The notes below the pieces were generated by a model. It made no database searches, was not told where the DNA came from, and saw nothing but the letters and a program-made list of their open reading frames with translations. From assembly GCA_963719035.1 (NCBI GenBank), contig CAVRAO010000002.1:64001-128000 (forward strand): 64,000 bases of DNA, in the 5' to 3' direction. Shown piece after piece: positions 21,230 through 32,029 of this stretch. The translations under genes were made by a program, and so were the position numbers. Position 1 is the first letter of the stretch. Every line of letters begins with the position of its first letter. This stretch comes from Methanobacteriota archaeon. Lineage in GTDB: Archaea; Halobacteriota; Bog-38; Methanoflorentales; Methanoflorentaceae.

Positions 21230-22393
21230 ATGAAACTAACTGTTATAGCACCGTTTCCCAAACTCAAAGATGGGATACCGAGAGTTGCTGAGGAACTGCT
21301 TAAAAGAATAGCAAGTTCAAATCAAATAGACTCTGTTTCGGTAGTAGCTCGCCGAGGCATGGATTTTATCAGTCCATCTCTTTTAGCGAATCAAAAAATT
21401 TCGCTTTTTACTATCGCACGTTTCCTGACGCCTCAGACTATGGTGAGACTTATCAAGCTATACAAGGAAAGTGATGTGGTCCTATTTCTAGCTCCGCCTT
21501 GGGATGTGCTCGATCCGTTAGAGGCCCTGTATTTTTTTCTTCTTCTCATTAAATACGGTTTTTTGCCGCGGTCAAAATGGATTCAAGTGGTACACGATTT
21601 TATCCCATATATTTTTGTAGAGGACGGAACCCAAGGCAGGCGGACGATCAAACTCCTTAACACCTTTCAAAAGCACTTCAGCAATGTCCCAGAACGTTAC
21701 ATAGCGGTCTCGCAATCGACGAAGAAGGACGCGATACGTTTCTGGGGTTTACAAGCGGACCGAGTAGCAGTGATTTACAACGGCCCTTTCGTCGTTCCAA
21801 AAACTCCCAGAGAAGATTTTGGAAGCAAGAAGATCTTGATCGTGTCAGATATCTCTCCGCGCAAAAACCATATCCGGCTGATACAAGCGTTTGAACGGGC
21901 CCAAGAACTATCTCAAAGCCGTTTGGAGTTGGTCGTAGCTGGCCAAACGAGAACGGCAATTCCTGAACTTGACTATATGCTCCGAGACGTTGCTAAGCGG
22001 CGCGAAAATGTCAAAATCACGATGATGGGCTATGTGCCCGACTCTGAGTTGCTGTCACTATTCGCCGAAGCTGATGTCTTTGTTTTCCCCTCGCTCTACG
22101 AAGGGTTTGGTCTCCCTGTGCTCGAAGCAATGGCGTGCGGGTGTCCCGTAATAACCTCGAACGTCTCCTCATTGCCCGAAGTGGTTGGAGATGCGGCCCT
22201 ACTCGTTGATCCCTACAACGTTGAAGCGCTCGCGCAGGCGATGCTCACCGTACTCGAGGACGATGAATTAAAAAAAGAGATGAGCAAAAAAGGCATTGCC
22301 CAAGCGCAGAAGTTTTCGTGGGATAAAGCCGGTGCGGAATTTTTAGCGCTTTGCACAGATGTGGCTAATAAAGAAGGTATAACCACAACTTGA
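21230..22393 (+). CDS. Glycosyltransferase family 4
   Basis: PRKN; [19 protein letters not shown]. Confidence 0.92.
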   Translation: MKLTVIAPFPKLKDGIPRVAEELLKRIASSNQIDSVSVVARRGMDFISPSLLANQKISLFTIARFLTPQTMVRLIKLYKESDVVLFLAPPWDVLDPLEALYFFLLLIKYGFLPRSKWIQVVHDFIPYIFVEDGTQGRRTIKLLNTFQKHFSNVPERYIAVSQSTKKDAIRFWGLQADRVAVIYNGPFVVPKTPREDFGSKKILIVSDISPRKNHIRLIQAFERAQELSQSRLELVVAGQTRTAIPELDYMLRDVAKRRENVKITMMGYVPDSELLSLFAEADVFVFPSLYEGFGLPVLEAMACGCPVITSNVSSLPEVVGDAALLVDPYNVEALAQAMLTVLEDDELKKEMSKKGIAQAQKFSWDKAGAEFLALCTDVANKEGITTT

Positions 22394-22480
22394 AAGGACG
22401 GGCATTCTGCGCTTCACACCCGCTCGTACAAAGAACGACTAAAGATTCGGAGCTGCAGCAGGTTAAAAAAGGTGAATTTT

Positions 22481-23575
22481 TTAGATTTCGACGCCACAAG
22501 CTTTGAAAGCGTCAGTTAGAACAGAAACAATGCGCTCGCCTGCGTCGCCATTACCGAATGGATTGTTCCACTTTTGTGGGGCGTTTAGCATAGCTTTTGC
22601 CCCATTAAATATCTGATCGGACTGGGTTCCGACGAGCAAGTTTGAGTGCACGGCTATAGTCTCAGGTCTTTCCGTGTTATCTCTCACAGTAATACATGGC
22701 ACCCCTAGAATGCACGCCTCTTCTTGCACACCGCCTGAATCGGTGATAACAAGCTCGGCATTTGCTTCGAGAAGGAGGAATTCGAGAAATCCAATTGGAG
22801 AAATCGGTGTAATGCCATCTAAAGCAAGATTGAACTCTGCAATACGCTTCTTCGTATGAGGATGCATTGGGAATATTATAGGCACGCCAAACTCATAATG
22901 TAGCTTTGTTAGTCCCTTCAAGATGCCGTGCAAGCGCGCTTTGTTGTCAACATTCTCTCTTCGATGCGCCGTTATCAGAAAATAGTTGCTTTTTTCAATG
23001 CTGAGCTCACTAAGAACGCTCTCTCTTTTTTGTGCGAGTTGCAGGTTTTGGTAAAGAGCATCAACGATTGTGTTGCCTGTTATGGAAATCTTGTTTTCAG
23101 GGATTCCTTCGGCTAAAAGATTTTTCTTTGCTTTTGCAGTTGGAGCAAACAAGAAATCTGAGATATGGTCAGTGAGGATGCGGTTAATTTCTTCCGGCAT
23201 GAACCTATCAAAGCTTCTCAAACCGGCTTCTACATGTCCTACCTCGACGTGTAGCTTCGTTGCAGCAAATGCACCTGCAAAAACAGAGTTTGTATCCCCT
23301 TCTACGAGCACTACGTCCGGCTGTTCTTTCATCAAGACATCTTCTACGCCAACGAGTATCTTTCCAATTTGTTCAGCGTCTGTGCCTGATCCCACCCCAA
23401 GCGAGTAGTCTGGATCACTAAGATTGAGCTCTTCAAAAAACACCTTATCCATTTCGTACGAATAGTGCTGCCCCGTATGGATAATTAAGTCCCTTATTCC
23501 CTGCTTTTTGCATTCCCGGATTATAGGGGCCATCTTTATGATCTCAGGCCTGGTTCCAACTATAAATGTGAACAT
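22481..23575 (-). CDS. wecB: UDP-N-acetylglucosamine 2-epimerase (non-hydrolysing)
   Basis: GTRPEIIK, HVEAGLRS, TDSGGVQEEA motifs. Confidence 0.95.
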   Translation of the reverse strand: MFTFIVGTRPEIIKMAPIIRECKKQGIRDLIIHTGQHYSYEMDKVFFEELNLSDPDYSLGVGSGTDAEQIGKILVGVEDVLMKEQPDVVLVEGDTNSVFAGAFAATKLHVEVGHVEAGLRSFDRFMPEEINRILTDHISDFLFAPTAKAKKNLLAEGIPENKISITGNTIVDALYQNLQLAQKRESVLSELSIEKSNYFLITAHRRENVDNKARLHGILKGLTKLHYEFGVPIIFPMHPHTKKRIAEFNLALDGITPISPIGFLEFLLLEANAELVITDSGGVQEEACILGVPCITVRDNTERPETIAVHSNLLVGTQSDQIFNGAKAMLNAPQKWNNPFGNGDAGERIVSVLTDAFKACGVEI

Positions 23576-23588
23576 AATGCTATCCTCT

Positions 23589-24611
23589 TCAAATGCAGAC
23601 AACGTTGATTCCTGGGTACCTTTTGCGAATTTCTTCGGCCATATCTATGAAATAGCGCTCTGCATTAGGGAATGAGTCCAATAGGATAAGATGGGCCTCG
23701 GAATCATAAATGTTGAACTCCTCAAACTCACCGTGATACAGCTCTATAACAGTGTGATCTGTGGTGGCGATGCAGTACAAATAAGGAGCCTTGCTACGTG
23801 CTCGTTTTTTTACTGAGGCTCGGCGCAACATCCTAATCCCAAGTATCTCTTTATTCGCTTGCAAGTTGAGATAGGCGTTCTCAACAGCCGGCAGCCATGC
23901 GTCGTTCAAAATAACTTTTTGGGCGCCCATCAGCACACTCATAAGGCCGAGAGTTCCAGGTCCAGCGAGTGCATCAAGCACAACTCGCCCTGCTACAGGA
24001 AGTGTTCCGAGCTTTGCCATTTTTGCCATGTTGTCGTGCTCAATATGAATCTTCGACTGACTTTTGTGCACTAGTATCTGACCGTACGCAGAGGTTACTA
24101 AATCGGCCCGCATATCGCAGCCAGCTGACACGCGACAGGTGTAAGGAGCAGCATCGCGATCCGTTAGACCAATAACCCGCTTCGTATCCCCATAGATAAC
24201 CCCTTTGACTTCGGACACATGTTTAAGAATGAGATCGCTTGCATCAGCGATAATTTGCTGCTTGGTTAACAGAAGAAGGTTCTGGTATCCTATGTGGGGC
24301 GGCGCGTAGGTGGGGACACCTGGACACAATAGTGGTGTGCCCACTTGTCGAAGGGTCAGTGCCGGTCGGCTCTCTTGTCCGCCCGATAGTGAGAGTATAT
24401 GCGCCATGACCGCATCTAGCGGCCTTCTGCCGCAGTTTGTACACCTCAGATCGTCAAAACTTGTGTTGGGCGGGTCAATTTGTGCCCTCTTGTCTAGAAC
24501 TAAGTCATTGCATGATGCGCATTTAGCGTATAACGTGGGTGCTGCTTTAATCGCATACTCTGCAGGGTTTACGCATGACCGACTGCCACAACTAGGACAA
24601 CGCAGTCTCAT
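23589..24611 (-). CDS. Hypothetical protein: Cys-rich N-terminus plus SAM-dependent methyltransferase-like domain
   Basis: Several CxxC pairs; VLDALAGPGTLG motif I. Confidence 0.65.
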   Translation of the reverse strand: MRLRCPSCGSRSCVNPAEYAIKAAPTLYAKCASCNDLVLDKRAQIDPPNTSFDDLRCTNCGRRPLDAVMAHILSLSGGQESRPALTLRQVGTPLLCPGVPTYAPPHIGYQNLLLLTKQQIIADASDLILKHVSEVKGVIYGDTKRVIGLTDRDAAPYTCRVSAGCDMRADLVTSAYGQILVHKSQSKIHIEHDNMAKMAKLGTLPVAGRVVLDALAGPGTLGLMSVLMGAQKVILNDAWLPAVENAYLNLQANKEILGIRMLRRASVKKRARSKAPYLYCIATTDHTVIELYHGEFEEFNIYDSEAHLILLDSFPNAERYFIDMAEEIRKRYPGINVVCI

Positions 24612-24850
24612 TGTTCATTTATAGATCTTTTCGATATATAATGCTGAAGCTAACAGCCCGCATTAGAGCGCTCAATATGCATCTCGACATTCGAGCCGGC
24701 CAAAATCAGGGCTTAATGATAGCTAATAACTGTATAACTCTCTTAGAAATAACTCCCTGAAGCTCTAACGGTATTTGTCGAAGCGCGCTTTCGTTATCTC
24801 GCCAAACATTGTATTAGCGAAGCGTACGGCCTACGGTGCTCTGAAAAAAG

Positions 24851-24922
24851 TGGACCGGTCGGGAATTGAACCCGAGGCCTCTACCATGCCAAGGTAGCGA
24901 TCTACCCCTGATCTACCGGCCC
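24851..24922 (-). tRNA. tRNA-Ala(GGC)
   Basis: Cloverleaf; anticodon arm CTACC-TTGGCAT-GGTAG. Confidence 0.95.
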
Positions 24923-25102
24923 GTTGATGTTCTTTTTTGTCTACGGTAGGCAAATTAAATAGAGGCAACAGCTCTTTAGACTAAAGACATATAAGTATTG
25001 CTTCGAACGTAAGTCGCGTCGTGCTTCTCGCTGGGCTTAGAATCAGCAGACAAGAATTGTTATATATCTCGCTCGCCTATAGGGATTGCGTTGTCAAGGA
25101 AG

Positions 25103-25209
25103 GGGCCCGTAGCTTAGCCAGGTTTGATTCCGTCTATGTCAATTCAGGGCGGAGAATATGCGCACGGCTGATAACCGTGAGGCCAGGCGTTCAAATCGCC
25201 TCGGGCCCA
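25103..25209 (+). tRNA. tRNA-Ile(GAT) with about 32-nt intron in the D-arm (about 25128-25159)
   Basis: Acceptor GGGCCCG/CGGGCCC; anticodon arm CACGG-CTGATAA-CCGTG; T arm AGGCG-TTCAAAT-CGCCT; D-arm interrupted by a hairpin. Confidence 0.88.
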
Positions 25210-25682
25210 TCATTTTCAGTGAACGACGATTCTAGCTTGTAAGCTAAGCCTTCACAAACTGCAACGACGCGTTGATCGTCGGTCCGCACAACAATCTTGT
25301 AGAGGGCGGTGGTCTTACCTGAGCTCTCTTCACTAGCTTCTGCAATGAGCTTTGTGCCAATTGTGACTGGTCTTCGGTACGTTATATGGAAAGAAAGAGC
25401 GACCGCTGTCTGGTTGAAAGAATTGCAGGCTGCCGCAAATGCCACGTCTGCTAGGGAAAAAATGAAGCCCCCGTGCGCGACTTCGTTAAAATTTAGCATA
25501 TGCTCGGCAACTGTTACCACAGCTTGTGCGTATCCTCTTTCGATCTTAGCAATTCGAGCCCCCAAGAAGCTCGCGTAGCTGTCGCTTTTTAGCTTTGCTA
25601 GGACGCGAGCAAGTTCATTGTTCGTAGCTTCTGGCGTGAGACCCATCAGAATCAACCCCATATATGACTTTTTTGCCGCCAC
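25191..25682 (-). CDS. PaaI-like hotdog-fold thioesterase
   Basis: N...HGGFIFSLAD motif. Confidence 0.9.
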   Translation of the reverse strand: MAAKKSYMGLILMGLTPEATNNELARVLAKLKSDSYASFLGARIAKIERGYAQAVVTVAEHMLNFNEVAHGGFIFSLADVAFAAACNSFNQTAVALSFHITYRRPVTIGTKLIAEASEESSGKTTALYKIVVRTDDQRVVAVCEGLAYKLESSFTENDGPEAI

Positions 25683-25794
25683 AACACTTTACGCAGCGCA
25701 GCAACAACTTTTTCGTTAACGTGTGAAACTCGCAAGACTTAAGGTCATATGCTAGCTTAGTTAAAAGATTTTAATTGGACTCTCTGTATAAGCC

Positions 25795-26166
25795 TTAGCT
25801 CGGCATGATTGTCGTAAACGCTTCGTCGATCTTCGCTGCCATTATAAAATCGTTTTCAGATAAACCACCTATATTGTGGGTAGTAAGGCAGATCTTCACA
25901 TAGTTGTACGAGACGAAGATGTCTGGATGGTGTCCCTCCCCCTCTGCCAGTTCTGCCACTTTGTTAATAAAGCGCATTGATTCAACGAAGTCCTTGAATC
26001 TAAAACTTCGCACGATTTTCTTTAACTCGTCGTCCGGCTTCCATTTAGGCACCATTGGCAATAGACCCTGAATTGTCTCAAGATCAAAAGGCTGTGTACC
26101 AACCTCACATGAAACGCAGTGTTTTTCTTTAAGGCTAGAAACGTCGTTTGAGTCAGCGTTGCTCAT
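25795..26166 (-). CDS. Pterin-4-alpha-carbinolamine dehydratase
   Basis: AEGEGHHPDI, TTH..GGLSENDF motifs. Confidence 0.92.
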   Translation of the reverse strand: MSNADSNDVSSLKEKHCVSCEVGTQPFDLETIQGLLPMVPKWKPDDELKKIVRSFRFKDFVESMRFINKVAELAEGEGHHPDIFVSYNYVKICLTTHNIGGLSENDFIMAAKIDEAFTTIMPS

Positions 26167-26347
26167 TGTTAAAACCCATTAGTTGTATGCGTCGTAGATT
26201 TTAAGTCTGTTGGAGTGAGCAGCGGAGCTTCTGAATACCGCAAAGAATCTGACTTAGCGATCTAACGTTTATGCTAACGGCTAAGAAAGATAGATTAACT
26301 CGTCTCAATCCTAGCACGAGCCTCGCTCAACGTCGCACGATTTGATA

Positions 26348-26432
26348 TGCGGGGGGTGCGATTCGAACGCACGAACTCCTACGAGAATAGGCCCTGAACC
26401 TATCGCCTTTGACCTGGCTTGGCAACCCCCGC
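26348..26432 (-). tRNA. tRNA-Leu(CAG)
   Basis: Anticodon arm ATAGG-TTCAGGG-CCTAT; long variable arm. Confidence 0.95.
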
Positions 26433-26497
26433 GCTTTTCGCGGCCGAATATATGATCTATTGCGTGATATTTACGTATTTCTACCGGTTACCTAAGG

Positions 26498-27163
26498 CTA
26501 ACGGATAACGTACGAGTCAATATGTAAAAGGTCGGCAACATAATCTCGCCATCGTTTTTTTGACCCTTTGAAATGCCCGAACTGAACAACCAGGACAAGC
26601 CCAGCTATGAGCGCAATCTTTCTGAATAATGGCATGGAAGTCCATACCACATCTTTGTATGCGTTGAGGTAGAGTAACGCATTTGTCTCTCCCGGGAGCT
26701 TGAACTGCCCATTCTCAGCAAAGGCAACCTGCGTTGTCTCGTATTGCTCAGTAAAGTTGGTACGCTGTTTGCCGCTGTAATCGACCCAGAAATGTATCGG
26801 AGACACCTTGACTGTGTGTGGAATCTGCTTCGCTTCAAGCAAGCTTGCAAGCAAGACGGCTTTTGACTTACAGTCTCCTTGCTGTGCTTTGAGAACGTCG
26901 CTGGGCGTAGGAAGGTACCAAACGACGCCATAGGTCTGAAAATCGTAAGCATAATGAATGTGATTGTCAACGTATTGCTCGATTGCCGTCGCATTTGCAG
27001 GGAGCGAATCTGCCACGAGCCGCACATCATCTGTTGGTCGTGTCGGCATCTCGAACAAGCGGTAGACGTCTAGCGGTAATAGTCCAGGGTTGGGGTAAAG
27101 CATAAACAAAATCCAAAGTATAGCGATTACTTTTTTGTGATTTACAAGTTGACTCACTTTCAT
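26498..27163 (-). CDS. Membrane-anchored transglutaminase-like cysteine protease domain protein
   Basis: GDC..KA.LLASLL and HFWV motifs; N- and C-terminal hydrophobic segments. Confidence 0.75.
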   Translation of the reverse strand: MKVSQLVNHKKVIAILWILFMLYPNPGLLPLDVYRLFEMPTRPTDDVRLVADSLPANATAIEQYVDNHIHYAYDFQTYGVVWYLPTPSDVLKAQQGDCKSKAVLLASLLEAKQIPHTVKVSPIHFWVDYSGKQRTNFTEQYETTQVAFAENGQFKLPGETNALLYLNAYKDVVWTSMPLFRKIALIAGLVLVVQFGHFKGSKKRWRDYVADLLHIDSYVIR

Positions 27164-27282
27164 GTTTTGGCTGGAAAATACGGCTTAATGCATAATATTC
27201 AGCTGGACACTACTACTTTATGTAAGATGTACAATTTATTCAAAACGATATTCGCTGATCAGTGATCTTAGGCAAAGATACC

Positions 27283-27813
27283 ATGGAAATCATCGTTTTG
27301 AGAATAGGTCATAGAATCGACCGCGATCGACGCGTTACAACGCATGTCGGTCTATGCTCGAGAGCGTTGGGGGCGCAAGGAATGCTTCTTGCTGCGTCTG
27401 ATCAGTCTGTTGTCTCTACGATCCGTGATGTCGTGCAACGCTGGGGCGGGAACTTTTGGATTCGCGACCAAGTAAACTGGAAACATGAGATATCGAAATG
27501 GAAACACGACCGGGGGAGTGTTGTACACCTAACGATGTACGGACAGAATCTGCCAAATGTCATCGATCAACTTGATACCGATAGACTTATGGTCGTTGTA
27601 GGAGCGGAAAAGGTGCCTCCAGATCTGTTCAGGCTTGCGGATTATAACATTGCGATTACAAACCAGCCACACTCGGAAATTGCGGCGTTGAGCATCTTCC
27701 TCGATCGTGTGCAGAACGGCCAAGAGCTCGCGGCAGATTTTTCGGGCAGAATGAGGATAGTCGGTAACATCAACGAGAAGGTAGGTGTTAAGCGTTCTGA
27801 GCCGATCGAATAG
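27283..27813 (+). CDS. trm56: tRNA (cytidine(56)-2'-O)-methyltransferase aTrm56
   Basis: RIGHR..RD.RVTTHV, HLTMYG, VGAEKVP, QPHSE motifs. Confidence 0.93.
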   Translation: MEIIVLRIGHRIDRDRRVTTHVGLCSRALGAQGMLLAASDQSVVSTIRDVVQRWGGNFWIRDQVNWKHEISKWKHDRGSVVHLTMYGQNLPNVIDQLDTDRLMVVVGAEKVPPDLFRLADYNIAITNQPHSEIAALSIFLDRVQNGQELAADFSGRMRIVGNINEKVGVKRSEPIE

Positions 27814-28945
27814 CCCTTTCAGTCCTAGTGACGAATCGCTTCGAGTTTTGGTCGTCGGTTACAACACGAGGCACATCGTCTGCTCCGCAAAACGAGCAGG
27901 GTTTTACGTAGAGTCTGTTAGCCATTATGAAGACAGTGACTTGATTAAATGCGGGGACGTCACACGTTTCATCAGAGATGAATTTCCTGAAGTAATCACA
28001 GACGCTGATTATAGAAGTTTAAAAGCGCTTGTGATGGGCAGCTCTTATGATCACGCGATATTAGGCACTGGATTTGAAACGCTTGATATTCCACGGGTAG
28101 CGGGGAACCCTCCGTCTCTTTCGAGTTTTGTTAATGACAAAGACCGTCTAAGGGACAAGCTTGAAACTTTAGACTATCCCGTCCCCCAGCATTTTGATCT
28201 GGAAGACAACCTGTCGTTTCCTATCATTCTGAAACCTAAACGGGGAGCAGGCGGATTTAGGAACGTTCTTGTTAGAGATATAAAACACTTGCAGAGGAGT
28301 ATTGAGCAGTATCACGAGAACGGTTGGGATGATTTTTTTCTCCAGGAATTTATCCATGGTATTGATGTAAGCGCGTCGGTTTTATCGACCGGAAAGCAAG
28401 CGCTCACAATCGCTATTAACGAACAGCTCATTGGCCTTAAGAACTTAGGACCAATGCAACGATTCAGCTTTTGTGGCAGTGTGACTCCGTTCAGAACAAG
28501 CTTTGCGAGGGAAATCGAAGAAATCTCAAACTCTATTGCGACAGATCTCGGTCTAGTCGGGACGAATGGCATCGATTTTATCATTGGCGCCAACGGTCCA
28601 GTCATAATCGAGGTCAACCCGCGGTTTCAAGCAACGCTCGATACGATAGAAGGGTCACTGGGCATCAATCTCGTGGAGGCGCATATTAAGAGCTGTCAGG
28701 GTGAACTGGTTCCCCGCGCGAGATATAGCAGATTTGCATGCCGCACGGTCTATTTCGCAGAGCACGATTTTTACGTGAAGAAGACCTGCGAAGACCAGAA
28801 TTATATGGACATCCCTCGAAAAGGGACCTTCATAGAACGTGCTAAACCAGTCATATCAGCGATCGGGTATGGTAAGTCGAGAGATTGTGCATTCAATAAT
28901 GCGTCGCATTACATAGAAACCTCAAAAGGATATGTCGGGGGCTGA
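27785..28945 (+). CDS. ATP-grasp family protein (COG2232-like)
   Basis: [21 protein letters not shown] motifs. Confidence 0.85.
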   Translation: MLSVLSRSNSPFSPSDESLRVLVVGYNTRHIVCSAKRAGFYVESVSHYEDSDLIKCGDVTRFIRDEFPEVITDADYRSLKALVMGSSYDHAILGTGFETLDIPRVAGNPPSLSSFVNDKDRLRDKLETLDYPVPQHFDLEDNLSFPIILKPKRGAGGFRNVLVRDIKHLQRSIEQYHENGWDDFFLQEFIHGIDVSASVLSTGKQALTIAINEQLIGLKNLGPMQRFSFCGSVTPFRTSFAREIEEISNSIATDLGLVGTNGIDFIIGANGPVIIEVNPRFQATLDTIEGSLGINLVEAHIKSCQGELVPRARYSRFACRTVYFAEHDFYVKKTCEDQNYMDIPRKGTFIERAKPVISAIGYGKSRDCAFNNASHYIETSKGYVGG

Positions 28946-29017
28946 GCGCAGCAACTCGGCGCTTCCCGATGAGCAACGTGTCAGTAGTTATAAGACACTT
29001 TGAAACCAAAAAATAGT

Positions 29018-29515
29018 ATGATGGTTACAGATGTCGCAATTCGGGGCTATTTGAAGAATCTCGTCGGGGACGACGGCTTAGAAATGATAGAACGTGCTTC
29101 CATAAATGAGCTGACCGACGAGAAAATCGCAGCAGAGACAGATGCGAACCTCAACACGGTGAGGCGTACTCTATATATACTGTATGAAAATCGCTTAGCT
29201 AACTACCGACGTGAAAGGGACAAGGACAGCGGGTGGCTCACCTATCTCTGGAAAGTGGACCTAAGCGATGTTGAGCGTAATGTGGAAGAAGAAGCGCAAA
29301 AGCTTATTCGAAGGCTTGAAACCCGGTTGGATTTTGAAGGGCAAAACGTTTGCTATGCGTGCGGAAACGGCTGTGCTCGTTTTCCATTTGAGAATGCAAG
29401 CGATTATGGCTTCGTCTGCCCTGTGTGCCAGGGCGGGCTTGACTATCAGGACAGTTCAATTTTGGTCGAAGCCATGAGACAAAAACTGGAAGAACTAAGA
29501 ATTGCCTTCGAATAA
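29018..29515 (+). CDS. tfe: Transcription factor E (alpha)
   Basis: wHTH with RERDKDSGWLTYLW, plus C..C...C..C zinc ribbon. Confidence 0.95.
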   Translation: MMVTDVAIRGYLKNLVGDDGLEMIERASINELTDEKIAAETDANLNTVRRTLYILYENRLANYRRERDKDSGWLTYLWKVDLSDVERNVEEEAQKLIRRLETRLDFEGQNVCYACGNGCARFPFENASDYGFVCPVCQGGLDYQDSSILVEAMRQKLEELRIAFE

Positions 29516-30050
29516 CCTCCCATCAGACCAAGAAGCGTTACAGCTTCTCGCGAATAGTGGCTGCAGCGACAAACTCATCAAACACGTGAAAGCTGTCTCT
29601 CAATACGCAGTGGAAGTAGCGAAACTGAGAGGAGACGCCGACATCGCGCTCGTCCGAATAGGTGGACTTTTACACGATATTGGGAGGTGTAAAACGAACA
29701 GCATCAAACACGGTGTTGCTGGTGGACAGCTTCTTCGCAGCTATGGAGTAGATGAACGTATCGCCCAAATAGCAGAGAAACACGTTGGAGCGGGGATAAC
29801 CGCGGAAGAAGCCACAAGGTTGTGTTTCCCGCCAGGAGATTACATGCCGCAAACGGTCGAACAGAAGATCGTAGCGGCTGTCGATAATCTAATTGAAGGT
29901 ACACGAAGAATAAGCGTAGAGAAAGCCGAAGCAGATTTCTGTGCTAAGGTCGAGCTACAAGCGGCACTTCGAGTAAGAAGCCTTCACGACGAAGTTTTTA
30001 GCAGTAACGATCGGTTTTCGAACCGACGCGTGGAAAGTAACGGTCAATGA
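29502..30050 (+). CDS. HDIG-domain metal-dependent phosphohydrolase
   Basis: LLHDIG, HVGAG motifs; conserved position after tfe. Confidence 0.88.
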   Translation: MPSNNLPSDQEALQLLANSGCSDKLIKHVKAVSQYAVEVAKLRGDADIALVRIGGLLHDIGRCKTNSIKHGVAGGQLLRSYGVDERIAQIAEKHVGAGITAEEATRLCFPPGDYMPQTVEQKIVAAVDNLIEGTRRISVEKAEADFCAKVELQAALRVRSLHDEVFSSNDRFSNRRVESNGQ

Positions 30051-30793
30051 GAACGCTTCACCTTATGCAACTCGTCTGCGGACAAGCAAACAAGGTGGGC
30101 CCGTCCTTTGGGGCGATGTTGCATAATGACCTTGGTGGACTACATGTTGTTTTTTCTCTTGAGCTCTCGAAATGGATCTCTATAACGGTATCTGGCCCCG
30201 ATGAGGAGCTTGCTGCAGACCTGCTCACGAGGAAATATGGTACGTTGCACAACGTTCGACGGGGTGAAATTGTCCGCGCTTGGCTTTCGGCGATCAATGA
30301 TACAGACCTTGCCCTCGATGCTGGCGGGAAACGTGTTTTGGTGCACCAAAGCAAGCTCAAACAGTTGGGGCGGGGCACTGCTCTACAAGTTGCATCGAGA
30401 TTCGGTTTAATTCGATGTTTGCCACTTGAGGTGAGACTCGTCGAAGAAAATGATGCAGAGCTAACGAAAAACCAGATCGACACACTTTGGCGGTGGAAAA
30501 AAGGTACTGACCGGATAAACGTGAACAATGCGACTCGCGCACAGATTCATACAGTGCTTAAACGTAGCGGTCACGCTCGAGATGTCTACGCAATCGAGAG
30601 GCTTGGGATCTTGGAGCATTCTATAGTGTGTAAACACGGAACAGACGCCCCAGGTCTTGTCCCCATAATAGGTCCTTTCTTAGAATCGGAGCTGGGCTGC
30701 ATTAGGGGAGACATCACTTCGGGTAGCTCATCCTTTTTTCGAGGGTCGCCCTGTCAGCTTTCGTTTAAAAAATTGAAACGCCCTTTACGCTAG
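30047..30793 (+). CDS. DUF2110-like conserved archaeal protein
   Basis: GHARD..IERLG.LEH..VCK..TDAPG motif; tfe neighbourhood. Confidence 0.75.
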   Translation: MRTLHLMQLVCGQANKVGPSFGAMLHNDLGGLHVVFSLELSKWISITVSGPDEELAADLLTRKYGTLHNVRRGEIVRAWLSAINDTDLALDAGGKRVLVHQSKLKQLGRGTALQVASRFGLIRCLPLEVRLVEENDAELTKNQIDTLWRWKKGTDRINVNNATRAQIHTVLKRSGHARDVYAIERLGILEHSIVCKHGTDAPGLVPIIGPFLESELGCIRGDITSGSSSFFRGSPCQLSFKKLKRPLR

Positions 30794-31268
30794 CAAGACG
30801 TAACACCTTATCAATAAGCGCGCTAGGAATGCGCGTATCGCAGATTATCGTTAGTTTTGGGTCTTCAATGAAGTAAGAGTCGTCAGTCACAGCTTGCCTC
30901 ACGCTCATGCCGTGTTCTGCTATAGTCTGTGTAACTTCCTCTATAATGCCGATTTGTGAAGCGTCTCGAGGCGTAATGATTATGACGCCAAGTCCTAAAA
31001 CGGGTGCGACGTCGCGGAGAAAAACGAACGTCTTTATGTTTGAAAAAAAGTTCTTGAGCATTTCGTCGCTCAGAATTGTAGCAGTCGTCTCATCGACTGC
31101 ACGTCGATCTACTTTAGCCTCTCGTGCAATCTCTGTGTCAGGGATTCGAATGGAACCTGAGATAACCGATCCAGCGCTATTAACTTGAAATCCGTGCTCA
31201 AGCAAAACCTCTGCGACACGCTCTTGAGCTGGAAATTTGGAAAACCGGGCGAGAACTTCACTCCACAT
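30765..31268 (-). CDS. ACT-domain regulator of amino-acid metabolism (COG2150-like)
   Basis: IA...VDRRAV N-terminal HTH-like region plus C-terminal ACT. Confidence 0.8.
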   Translation of the reverse strand: MWSEVLARFSKFPAQERVAEVLLEHGFQVNSAGSVISGSIRIPDTEIAREAKVDRRAVDETTATILSDEMLKNFFSNIKTFVFLRDVAPVLGLGVIIITPRDASQIGIIEEVTQTIAEHGMSVRQAVTDDSYFIEDPKLTIICDTRIPSALIDKVLRLASVKGVSIF

Positions 31269-31339
31269 GCTTGTCGGTTTTGTAAAGGTTTTTAGTGTGT
31301 ATATTCATGAATGTTACATACAAGAAGTTTGTGCACACC

Positions 31340-32029
31340 ATGCGACTGGATTTATATCTCGTTCGGGAAAAGCTTGTCGCATCTCGTTCTCGAGCACAAA
31401 GGGCGATCAAGAGCGGGTTTGTCGCAGTTGACGGTAGAACGATACTAAAACCTTCGTTTGATGTAACGGGCGTTAATATCGTAATTGTCGCCGCCTCTGT
31501 AGATAAGCCAGCTGGTTATTGGAAGTTGAAAGGGATCCAAGAGGCCTTTGAATTGATCAAAATTGGGGACGTCGTTCTAGACATCGGCTCAAGTGCAGGG
31601 GGATTTTTGCGGTACGCGGCGGAGTTTGCTGAAAGGGTTTATGCAATCGAGTTCAGTTCTTCATCCAAGCAGCTTCTTGACGTCGTTGTCGAGCACTATT
31701 ACGACAAGGTGCATTTAATTTACGCTGACGCATTTTCTTTTGATTTTATGAGTTTCGGGGTCGACTTCGACGTTATTTTGAATGATGTTACTGCGGCACC
31801 AAAAGACTCATTAGAACTCCTTTTAAAGTCTTCTGCGGCGCTTAAGGCCGGCGGGCGCGTTTTGCAGGTTCTTAAGGGCAAACCTAAAGACAGACCTGTT
31901 GATGATTTTCTGAAACGATTTGAGGAGTCTGGCTTCAAAACGTTAAAAGTAATTACTGGTCAAAAAGAAGAGCTTTACGTTATTGCTGAGAAGGGGGCGA
32001 ACGAAACAAACGCCGAGGAAGGGATTTGA
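31340..32029 (+). CDS. S4-domain FtsJ/TlyA-like RNA methyltransferase
   Basis: MRLD.YL..SRSRA S4 domain; VLDIGSSAGGF. Confidence 0.85.
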   Translation: MRLDLYLVREKLVASRSRAQRAIKSGFVAVDGRTILKPSFDVTGVNIVIVAASVDKPAGYWKLKGIQEAFELIKIGDVVLDIGSSAGGFLRYAAEFAERVYAIEFSSSSKQLLDVVVEHYYDKVHLIYADAFSFDFMSFGVDFDVILNDVTAAPKDSLELLLKSSAALKAGGRVLQVLKGKPKDRPVDDFLKRFEESGFKTLKVITGQKEELYVIAEKGANETNAEEGI

